The position numbers were made by a program, and so were the translations under genes. From positions 18,283-63,792 of the forward strand of contig JBBDKV010000027.1 in NCBI GenBank assembly GCA_040879165.1: 45,510 nt of DNA, given 5' to 3'. Positions 20,416 through 29,700 of the stretch are shown here, piece after piece. The notes below the pieces were generated by a model. The model saw only the letters and a list, made by a program, of their open reading frames with translations. It searched no databases and was not told the origin of the DNA. Each line of letters opens with the position of its first letter. The first letter of the stretch is position 1. This DNA comes from Patescibacteria group bacterium (GTDB lineage Bacteria; Patescibacteriota; Microgenomatia; UBA1400; PJMF01).

Positions 20416-23400
20416 ATGAGTACGCAAGAAACCGGCAATACCCCCAGTGGGTCAGAAACTGGCAAAACTCCTGAGCAGCAACCTCCGCTGACTCCTGAGG
20501 AGGCTGAGGCAAGGCTTAATGACTTAAGAGAGAATTTTGACTTGGGTTTTTATTCAGCTGATGAGGCGTTGCAAGTGCTTAGCGCTGATCTTTCTGAATT
20601 TCGAGCGGCGAGAGTAAGTTGGTCTAATGATAAGCAGGTTGAGGTGGGTAAGCTGGCAAAGCAGGTGAGGGAGGAATTGAATCAAGCATTGAATGGCGAG
20701 ACCACAACCCAACCTTCTGAAGCTAGCTCACAAAAATCTCCCGAAGAGGAGCAAGTTATTGACTTGAATGCTTTGGATGAGGTTGTTGCGCTTAGAGAAT
20801 TGGTGACAAAGTACAACTCACTAATTAGTAGCGCTTCAACAGGAGGTGTTTTTGATCCCAGACTTGAAAGTGGAGAATCTCCGTTGGTTGAGTTGGTCAA
20901 CGCAATCAATGCTGCTGAAGATGCTTTGTCAGTTTTTGCATCTCCATCAACAACTCTGGATCAGATAAGAAAAAGACGGGAAATTTTAAACACCGACATT
21001 AAAGGTGCTCAGATGCTGGTTGACCAATTTTTAACGCATATTGATGCCGTAGATGAAGGTTTGTTTTCAAACTGGAGAGATGAGTTTGTCAGTTCTACTA
21101 CAACAACAGGGCAGAATCTCGACAGGGTTCGCGGCTATGAAAAAACCGACCTCTCAGTTTTAGACTCAACTACTGCGGCTAATGAGGTTTCTGATCTTGA
21201 AGTAATAAAACAATTCATGCAGTCTCAGCTCGATGGAGTGGAGTCAAGATATGACTCGAGCTTACTTAAGCAGCTTGGCGAAGCAGTACCTGGAGCCGTT
21301 ATAGATCCTTTGTTAAAAAAACAAACTCTTTTCTTAGAAGAAAAGATCAGCGAAATTCAAAGCCAAATAGATAGAAGAAACAAGCGCATTGAAGAGCTTG
21401 GTGAACAAGGAGCAAGCTTAGCAGAAAAAAATAGATTGCTCGCAGAGTGGAGAGTCGACATTGATCCCTTGGCAAGCGCTATTGAGGCAATACTTAACCC
21501 CACCACCCCTCTGGGAGAATTGTACAACTCAGACATTCGAGCGCTAAAAAAGGAATTAATTTCTCAGGAGGATAATTTATTTGAATATTTAAAAAAGGAT
21601 GCGAGCAATACCCTTCTTCATGAAGAAATCAGTCGTTTGCTGATAGACTTAGAGCGCGCCAAAAAAAACGCGGTAGTAATTGAAGAAATTGACCCAAATG
21701 ATGCTTGGGACACTTGGATGAAAGTAGAGGACTGGATTAAGATAGGTGAAACATGCGACGACGATGATGTTCGCGAGCGATCTGAGCGAAGAGCGCTCAA
21801 GGCTATAGTTGATTCTTTTACAGAAAAATTGTGGAGAGAGCCAAACGCTCATGGAGAGTCTGGGTACTTGGAGTTTTTAAACTGGGATATTCAAAAAGGA
21901 GCTGACAAGCTTCTACTGGATCAAATAATTGACTTTTTCCCTGGAGATCAAAACGAACTCAGAAATAAAATCAAATTTTTGTCAGCTGCAATAACTGGAG
22001 GAATGAGTTGGCAGCACAATATTGCAGAGACAGAAGGTGGTCCTCACCCAAACGTAATGGAGCATATAAAAAAACATGTATTTGCTGGATCTGATTGGCA
22101 AAAGATTGCCGAGTTTCAGGCTTTGCAAGAGGGGGAAAAGCCATTTGGAGATTTAATTTTTGAAGGACTTAATCACTATACTGGTTGGAATAAAAAGTAT
22201 GTCTTGTTAACCAACCCAGAAAGAACAAAAATAAGAAATGAAGTTCTTGGTAAAATTCGAACTGAGGTTATTGCTATTCCTTCAGAGTCTGAGTTAAAAC
22301 AATATTTGCGGCAAGTCGAAAAAGGTGCAAAAGCGAGCTTAAAAACCAAGGTGAGCGACATCCAAGACTCGCGATTTGCCGAATTGTATCAAAACGCCGC
22401 TGGAGGTGACTACGACGTGTTTATTGAGCAAGTTGCCAATTTAATCTCACTGGCCGACATTAAGACAGCAGAATCTAAGAAACAAAAGAAATATGGAATA
22501 TTTCCGCTTGCAGATATTGGAAATGTCAACTTTTCTATAGACGCATTTGGCAACAGAACTAGCAATGTAGAAAAGTATAGAACTGAAATAGCCATAGCTA
22601 TTGGTCTGTACAACATAGGGCTTCCTGGCGAATATGATCCTCAAACAAGGGAGATGGTTGACCCAACATCTGGGGCAAGAACAGCTGTATCAAATGCAGA
22701 CCTTAAGAGAGGTTTCGAATCTGGTAAATCTGCGGAACTCATTTCCTTTCATGTATATCAAACTCATTTGGGGTCATCCAACGATGACAACGTTACCTTC
22801 CAGGCAAGAACAAAGCCCACTAGGCTAAGATTTACTAGGTACTATAGAAACAAATATTCGGGCCAAGAGGGAGTTTACAATAAGGATGAATTTGGATCAT
22901 TGCTTCCAGACCTTTTTCAATTTATGGGCGCTGATGGTAAGTCATTAAAAAAATTATTTGGCGATAGGTCGAATCGGTTGAACGTAAATTATGAGCGCAT
23001 GAACACCAACATGAAGGGGCTTTATTTGGAGATTTATAGCTACGCAGTTAAAATATATGAAGTTTTAGCATCGGGACTTCAAACGCTCGAAGGTTTTCAT
23101 TTTGATAAGCTTGGCGAGCATGTGGCAGTAACTGAAACGTCCTTGCAACAACAGCTAAATATTGACATAAGCGCAATTGGCGCACTTACGGCATTTTGGA
23201 GATCAGTTTTGGGTTATTGGTTGGATGGACGACTTGTTGTTGATAAGAAAGATCTAGACACAGGTTTCTACGACATTGATTATTGGCAAAATGTCCCAGG
23301 AACAACTGCGTATACACCAATCTTGGCTAAAAAAATGTTTACAATGGCTCCTGCGGACTATCAGGTGTTTCTTGAACAAGTTAAAGAAGGGGATAGTAGG

Positions 23401-23691
23401 AAAGTCGTTAAAGAATTGCAAAAGGCTATGCTGACATCGTTTACAGTTGCAAGCCTGCTCATGTTAGATAGAGCTGAGTTAACTTTGGCAGAAGTTGAAG
23501 CAATAGTATATGCATACTCCAAACAATCTAAACATGGCATTAGGCAGCAAGGTGCCGGCGGCGAAGATCCAATTCCAGGATATGGTTTTACTGAAGAAGA
23601 GGTCATAGGTATGCTTGACCAGGCGAAAAGAATTAGGAGAGATTTTGGCTATGTTATTGAAACGTTTTTATCCTCGCAATCAAGATATTAA
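20416..23691 (+). CDS. Large hypothetical protein (1091 aa), helical/coiled-coil, no signal peptide
   Basis: Long ORF; start reassigned to ATG 20416 (MSTQETGNTP), which avoids overlap with the M23 gene and sits 7 nt after TATAAT (20403-20408). Confidence 0.8.
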   Translation: MSTQETGNTPSGSETGKTPEQQPPLTPEEAEARLNDLRENFDLGFYSADEALQVLSADLSEFRAARVSWSNDKQVEVGKLAKQVREELNQALNGETTTQPSEASSQKSPEEEQVIDLNALDEVVALRELVTKYNSLISSASTGGVFDPRLESGESPLVELVNAINAAEDALSVFASPSTTLDQIRKRREILNTDIKGAQMLVDQFLTHIDAVDEGLFSNWRDEFVSSTTTTGQNLDRVRGYEKTDLSVLDSTTAANEVSDLEVIKQFMQSQLDGVESRYDSSLLKQLGEAVPGAVIDPLLKKQTLFLEEKISEIQSQIDRRNKRIEELGEQGASLAEKNRLLAEWRVDIDPLASAIEAILNPTTPLGELYNSDIRALKKELISQEDNLFEYLKKDASNTLLHEEISRLLIDLERAKKNAVVIEEIDPNDAWDTWMKVEDWIKIGETCDDDDVRERSERRALKAIVDSFTEKLWREPNAHGESGYLEFLNWDIQKGADKLLLDQIIDFFPGDQNELRNKIKFLSAAITGGMSWQHNIAETEGGPHPNVMEHIKKHVFAGSDWQKIAEFQALQEGEKPFGDLIFEGLNHYTGWNKKYVLLTNPERTKIRNEVLGKIRTEVIAIPSESELKQYLRQVEKGAKASLKTKVSDIQDSRFAELYQNAAGGDYDVFIEQVANLISLADIKTAESKKQKKYGIFPLADIGNVNFSIDAFGNRTSNVEKYRTEIAIAIGLYNIGLPGEYDPQTREMVDPTSGARTAVSNADLKRGFESGKSAELISFHVYQTHLGSSNDDNVTFQARTKPTRLRFTRYYRNKYSGQEGVYNKDEFGSLLPDLFQFMGADGKSLKKLFGDRSNRLNVNYERMNTNMKGLYLEIYSYAVKIYEVLASGLQTLEGFHFDKLGEHVAVTETSLQQQLNIDISAIGALTAFWRSVLGYWLDGRLVVDKKDLDTGFYDIDYWQNVPGTTAYTPILAKKMFTMAPADYQVFLEQVKEGDSRKVVKELQKAMLTSFTVASLLMLDRAELTLAEVEAIVYAYSKQSKHGIRQQGAGGEDPIPGYGFTEEEVIGMLDQAKRIRRDFGYVIETFLSSQSRY

Positions 23692-23716
23692 AACGTTTTT
23701 ATCTGTGCAATCAGAG
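23655..23716. repeat. Imperfect 31-bp tandem duplication spanning the stop codon of the 1091-aa gene
   Basis: TATTGAAACGTTTTTATCCTCGCAATCAAGA followed by TATTAAAACGTTTTTATCTGTGCAATCAGAG (24 of the first 28 positions identical). Confidence 0.8.
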
Positions 23717-23720
23717 TGTG

Positions 23721-23900
23721 TTAATAGAGAGAGGGGTCGTCTGTGGGATCTATCGGTCCTGGCATAGTTGTGTACGGCGCCTTCTTCTTTTTTCTGCGGT
23801 ATCTAGTATCGTAGACCTCCTTTGCTGAAAGCGCTCTGCGAATTAATTGACTAATCGAGGTAAGTGTAGTTTGAATGGATTTAGGGCGTTCTTTAGTCAT
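23721..23900 (-). CDS. Small basic hypothetical protein (59 aa)
   Basis: Manual translation MTKERPKSIQTTLTSISQLIRRALSAKEVYDTRYRRKKKKAPYTTMPGPIDPTDDPSLY; ATG lies 5 nt after the VirB6-like stop and the ORF fills the gap. Confidence 0.5.
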   Translation of the reverse strand: MTKERPKSIQTTLTSISQLIRRALSAKEVYDTRYRRKKKKAPYTTMPGPIDPTDDPSLY

Positions 23901-23905
23901 ATCTC

Positions 23906-25687
23906 TTAGTTTCTATCATCTTCAGATGAGTCTTGCACTCCAGACTGAGAAGCTCCAGGGGGTTTTTTAGACTTAGCTTGTTTAAGTTGATACGAAAGAA
24001 TGGATTTTTGCGCTCTCTGCTTAAGTTGTGCTACTTTAGTAAAGCGGTCTTCGAGATCTGCAGCAAATCCAGTCACTCTTCCAACTGCTCTGAGGCCAGG
24101 TGGTGTGGCAAGGACGGCTCCACCCCCGACCATGGCTCCTGTTTTGGCTCCATCTGCAAAAGTTCCACCTCTTGCTTTAGAGGCTGCTCCGCCAATCAAG
24201 GCTCCAGTTGGCGCAGCAACAGCGGCGCCACCAGCCATGCCTACTCCAGTCACAATATTCCTCGCATTCAAGCCCAGTGGCACATTACCACCCCAACCCT
24301 CTTTAAATCCACCCCATGCTGAGCTGGCGATGAATGCGCCAAAGCCGCCATCTCCTGCACCCATCACTTCCTTGATCTTCTTTACTAGCTCTGGAAGTGC
24401 CAGGATGGTAGCTAAACCGAGCAGTGGTCCAATCATGCCCGCTTGACCAACACCCACCAGGAATGGGGGCATGAACCCACCAGTTACGCCAGAAGTGCTG
24501 GCGCCAGTAAATTGTAGGAATAGGATCACTACGAGCAATACAGCTGGGAAGGCGGCTAAATTACCGATAATAGTTTTCAGCCATGGCCAGAATACGTTCC
24601 TGCCTGGAATAGCGCCAAACATCAGCAGGATTGGTGAGATGACAATTGAAACTACTATAGTAAAGTATGATTTCAGCAGTTCGAAAAATAATTTAAAGAC
24701 ACCAATTACGACAGCAATTGAAATAATGAGCGTTACGGTTAGCGCTCCAACCATGGCGCCAAAATTGGCCAGGCTGCCACTGAATTGACTGGCAACAGCG
24801 GATAGAATTTCTGAAATCAAATCAGCGGTTTGACCGGTCTGTTCCCAAATTCCAGTGAATAAAAAATGAGCTAGTTGAAAAATATTCATATTGATCAACT
24901 CTTGACCAGTACTTGCGGCTGCTCCTGGACCCCCAAGTGAGCCCGTCAAAAAATCTGAGAAAAAACTGACGATCAAGAACATCGACAGATACATCAAGTC
25001 AATCATAAAGCCCGCGATGGCGTATGAGAAGGTAACTAAAATCAAACTAACAATGACTGAGGGGATAGCTTGTTGAGCAGTAATGGCTGCTTGTCCTCCC
25101 AGTTTGTAGCGAAACATGATCATGAAACCCAGCACGATAAAAAAGATAATAAAGAAGAAATAGGCAATATTACGAAAGGCTCTCCACAACTCAAGAATTG
25201 GCTCGAGTGAGGCAAACCCTAAGCCTTGGGCGTAAGCTGGGCTGGCAAAACCTGCGTTGTTCATCACGTCTGCTACATACGTTTGGGTGTTGGCTGGCGG
25301 ATTTTCGTACATCATGCCAATCAGACCAAATGTGCCACCAATTACTCCACCTGGAATTGATGAGCCCTGCTCACCTTCAGTGCTGAAATTTTGGGTTTTC
25401 TCAATATCGGGGCCCTTGATATCGTTAATCCATTCGATAGCGACAAAACGCGTGGTATATCGCACTAAACATTCTAAAGAGGGGGTTTCACAATTTTGGA
25501 TGGCAGCGTGGTATTCATTAAACTCGTCTTGAGTAATGCGGTAACTATAGGGATCTTCACCGTCTTCTGCAGTTTGAGCGCCTACTGAGGTTGGCTGCAC
25601 AAGGACAGCAAAAAATACTAATGGGGCTAGTAATCCGGCGAAAAATGCTTTTATCACAAACCGTAGTATAGCAAAGTATTGATGCAT
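23906..25687 (-). CDS. VirB6/TrbL-like polytopic membrane protein
   Basis: Signal peptide ending VGAQ; LWRAFRNIAY, LILVTFSYAIAGFMIDL, multiple TM helices, SPILLMFGAIPG..F..WLK, Gly/Ala-rich C-terminus; lies in the virB4/pilin locus. Confidence 0.7.
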   Translation of the reverse strand: MHQYFAILRFVIKAFFAGLLAPLVFFAVLVQPTSVGAQTAEDGEDPYSYRITQDEFNEYHAAIQNCETPSLECLVRYTTRFVAIEWINDIKGPDIEKTQNFSTEGEQGSSIPGGVIGGTFGLIGMMYENPPANTQTYVADVMNNAGFASPAYAQGLGFASLEPILELWRAFRNIAYFFFIIFFIVLGFMIMFRYKLGGQAAITAQQAIPSVIVSLILVTFSYAIAGFMIDLMYLSMFLIVSFFSDFLTGSLGGPGAAASTGQELINMNIFQLAHFLFTGIWEQTGQTADLISEILSAVASQFSGSLANFGAMVGALTVTLIISIAVVIGVFKLFFELLKSYFTIVVSIVISPILLMFGAIPGRNVFWPWLKTIIGNLAAFPAVLLVVILFLQFTGASTSGVTGGFMPPFLVGVGQAGMIGPLLGLATILALPELVKKIKEVMGAGDGGFGAFIASSAWGGFKEGWGGNVPLGLNARNIVTGVGMAGGAAVAAPTGALIGGAASKARGGTFADGAKTGAMVGGGAVLATPPGLRAVGRVTGFAADLEDRFTKVAQLKQRAQKSILSYQLKQAKSKKPPGASQSGVQDSSEDDRN

Positions 25688-25800
25688 ACACCAAAACTAA
25701 TTTGCGCATCCGATATATATTGATATGTTTTGATTGATATGTCATACTGACGGACATAAAATTACTGCCCTGAAAATTATGTATAGTATTTTGTTGAAGT

Positions 25801-26670
25801 ATGGAAGGTTGCATGCTCGAAGATTACACGTTGGCTCAGGTTAAAAGTTTGACAGAAAATGCTCAGTCAATATTGATCGTTTGCGCAGATCCAGATGAGC
25901 TGGATTGCGTGAGTGCGGCAACGGCCTGGCACGTCACGCTTCAAGCTCAGGGCAAAGATAGCCGACTAGCCACACCCACACCCTCAACGTTGCCAGAGAT
26001 CATGGATAAAAATGGCAAAAACCAGCAAGCATTATTATCAGGAGTAGACGAGTTATCAACTGATCTCGGAAACGAAAATCTAACTATTAGCTTTGATTAC
26101 TCAGAAGAGCAAGTCGATAAGGTTAGTTACAATATTAGCGAAGATAATAAAAAATTTTTCCTGACTATAAAGCCAAAATCCGGTCGTCAGCCACTAGATA
26201 CCAGTAAGGTTGAGTTTTCGTACACTGGGGCAAGTGCGGATTTGTTACTTATTTTTGGCGCAAACACACCCAGTGAGCTTGGGCAGCTTTACACCGATTA
26301 TGAAGATCTATACACAAATACCTCAAGCATTGTAATTTCTGATGCTCCTGAATTTGGTTCGCTCAAAATTCCTCTAGAAGGCGAGTTGCTGACAACGGTT
26401 ACTATGGAAATTTTTACCGCTCTCCAGCAGGAGCTTCCCTCTGAAGCAGCCAGCAATTTATTGTACGGTATTGATGCCAGCACTTTCGGATTGCAACAAG
26501 TGAGTAGCGCGGCCACCCTTGAGCAGGTAGCTACACTGCTGCGAGCTGGCGGTCATCGCCTCTGGAAACCAAGCGCTGCAGCCACCTCCGTTCCAAATAA
26601 GTCGACAACAGCTCAAAACGGGAAAAAAGCTCAGCAAGAAATCAACGTGCAGTCAAAGAAAAAGAAGTAG
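25801..26670 (+). CDS. Degenerate DHH-family phosphoesterase-like protein (possible start 25813)
   Basis: AQSILIV..DPDELDCVSAA, ADLLLIFGA, ASNLLYGIDAST..L follow the DHH fold pattern, but the D-H-H motif is replaced (VISDAPEFG). Confidence 0.65.
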   Translation: MEGCMLEDYTLAQVKSLTENAQSILIVCADPDELDCVSAATAWHVTLQAQGKDSRLATPTPSTLPEIMDKNGKNQQALLSGVDELSTDLGNENLTISFDYSEEQVDKVSYNISEDNKKFFLTIKPKSGRQPLDTSKVEFSYTGASADLLLIFGANTPSELGQLYTDYEDLYTNTSSIVISDAPEFGSLKIPLEGELLTTVTMEIFTALQQELPSEAASNLLYGIDASTFGLQQVSSAATLEQVATLLRAGGHRLWKPSAAATSVPNKSTTAQNGKKAQQEINVQSKKKK

Positions 26671-26704
26671 CTGTTTGTAGCCAAAAAAGGTGGGGCAATT
26701 CAGC

Positions 26705-29700
26705 CTAGCCTAGGCAAGTCGAGTCGTATGGATACGGATAGCCGGCAGGTTGAGGAACGGGCTCTGTTTCAAGCGCATCCACCAGCCATCTCCAAAGGTT
26801 CCAGACATATTCTCCTTGATCTCTGCCATCCTGAAAGCGATTCCAGGTTTGGTGGTAGGAGTTATCTCCTCTGATAGCAAATGTTCGAACAAACTCCTCT
26901 TTATCATCATAATACTTTTGCATACCAGTCCACAGTGCAAGGCGACAAGCAGAGTCGGCGGCGGCGGGTTCATTAACTGGACTACTGAAGTCTAATCCTG
27001 CTCTGTTTTCATCTGTAAAAGTTGGTGGTTGGTGAAGGCAGCGAGTTAGTCCTTCTGCATTTTGCTTGCGCCACAACTGCCAAGATCCATCTGATAGCTG
27101 ACCAGTAGTGTTGTCTTTGATGGCTGTGGTAAATTGAAACGTTCCAACCGCGTAGGCATCGTTGGGTATCGGAATATTGTGATACTCCTTGTTTTCAGAG
27201 TGCGCAATGGCTAACAACAAGAGAGGGTCGCATTGGTGTTTTGCAGAAGCAGCATTAATGCTCTGCCAAAGCTCTCGAGGGGGAAGTTCAAAATCTGGTT
27301 CAGTGCCATTCCAGTATGGAAAGTCATTATCCTCTGTGGGCGTCCCTATCACTTTCCCAAACAGCCGCAAGCTGTCCAAGTTGGGACTATAGTTGCTGCA
27401 CTGCTTGACGTTAATTGTGTTGGCAAAAATTGAGGTGCGACGCCCGCCCCCACTGTATGTCCGAGAATGAGTGCACATTGTATGAGAGGAGGTACCTGGC
27501 CCTCGCAGTCTTCTACCCACTAATTCTAGATATAATTGATAGCCTTTTCTTTCTTGTGTATCACCACCACCGTCATTCAACATGTTAATGTAGTCTCGCC
27601 AAAAGCCACAGCCGCCCTCATCGGAACAATCTCCGGCACGCCCGCCGCCGCATTCATTATTGTAATCTTGCGTGACATAGGTAAACGGATTGCCGTCCGA
27701 GTCTACTAACGGACATCCATCCCATTCATCGATGCGATTAATACTGCGCACCGCATTGCCATTTTCATCGTAGACAGTGCCACCGCCCTCCATGGCAGGC
27801 TGAAGATTCATGTCAATGCAGGCTCCATCTCCACATCCTGCTTGGGTAAAATCGATCACGTAGCCGAGATTATGGTGCAGTGGTTCATCGGGTCCTAGCT
27901 CATGATGCATGGTATACGTCTCGTTGCTAATGCAAATATTGTTTACACCCATATTGTGATAGATCCAGTAGTAACCAGGAGCCATGCTCAAATCGAAACT
28001 CACCTCAGCACCACTACCTACGGTTTCCATAATTGGCGCGTCTTCCCACCGTGGATCATTTACATCAGGCGGCGGAGTAGTATCTGGTGGAAGCTTGCGC
28101 AATTGCAGTCTGCGCGCCGAAGTTTGAGTTCCCGTGCAGCCTAGCTGGTTGCCGGGGTTGTTGGCAACTATACTACCGCCACCCGTTTGGATTAACGTCA
28201 GTCCATCAATCATTCTCATGGTAAGTTTTAGGCTGCAGCGTAAACCCACTGAATTGCCACCACCACCTTCGCCAAAGAAAATCTCGCGTCCTTGCTCTTG
28301 AGACATTGTTTCGGCATCTCTTACATCATCAGGTGAGGTTCCGATGAGATTGCGGGTTCGATTTGCAAAAAAGACAAACCGATCAGTGTCTTGTTCGGTC
28401 AAGTCCCTATAAATTCTATGTTTTGATCCCTCACAATAAGCGGGTTGGTCAAATGCCGTATCTCGAGGAGGACCGCCGCATTGATCAAGTAAAAATTCCT
28501 CTGTTGTCCGACACCCTCTGAGATATTTATGCGCAAGGCTATCAAAGCGATTAAACGCAAGTTGTACGTGATGCGTCCAGAACCCCAGTCGGGCGCCGAA
28601 AAATTGCGCTGGACCTTGAGAACTTTGATTAGTGAGCTCAAAACTTTTCTCTGCACAAGTGCGTATTCCGGTGATTGGATCAATGGTGCAATCTAGATAG
28701 TCAGTGAAGTCGTGTGTAACTGTGCCAGCATCGAGTCCTACGTCATCGTTGAGTACGTTGAAGCGATCTTTGATTGATGGGTCATCGGCAATGGCCTCAT
28801 GTTGTTGCTCGGTTAAAAATGTTTGTGATAAAACGGCCTCGAGTGTTTCGAGGTCGTAGCCCATAGGATAAACTAAGTAGAAGTTGAGTACTGTACAGTC
28901 ACCGCCAGGAGCTTGGCCTTGCTCGCCAGGAGCGCAGCCCTTGTCGGGAAAGGTGTCGGGATTGGCGTTAATTTGAAAGACGGTGTCAAAGGGAACAGCG
29001 TCTCGTGGAGAGCCATCTTGGCCAACGCCCCAAAGTTGCTGCAAAATCAGTTCTCCATACTGAACTTGAAATTGATTTGGTCCTCCCGGAGCCCAAAAGC
29101 GGGCAGGGTCACCAATTTCGTTGACCTGTTCGCTGGTAATCAATGAACAGTTGACGCGATCTGGATCCTGCTCAGCCGCGCCATTAATCATGCTTACTAC
29201 GGCATAGCCCAGATGGTCATTACAAGCAGGAGCTCCTTCACCATTAGGAGGAGTACCACGCAAGCAGTTAATGAGAGGGCCCGCTCCGCTGGCTCCAGAT
29301 ACAGCACCCAACATAGCTTCGCGCTCCTGAGTACCCTCTAGGTCATATGTTTCTGCCATTTTTCTGGGAATGAGCACGTTGCGAGAGAGCGTCATGGGGT
29401 CATCCCAATACGTGTGGCCGCTTTCTGTTTGTTCTTGTTTTCGGTTGGCTTCATTGCGGACAACTTGTTGGTAGCTGAGTGGCACGCCTTGGGCAGTGGT
29501 GGCTGTTTCATCTTGCCAAAGCGAGCCCTTGTTTGTGCCAATGTCTGGAATTTTGAAGGCAATCAGTAATACGTCATGGAGGGGATCTGCTTGATCTGAA
29601 TGACTGAAGAAATTGAAAATATGATCTGTTTGTATCGGACGCTGGGCAACTGCAGCCACCAAGAAAGCAATACGATACGCTCGATCCAGATGCATTGATG

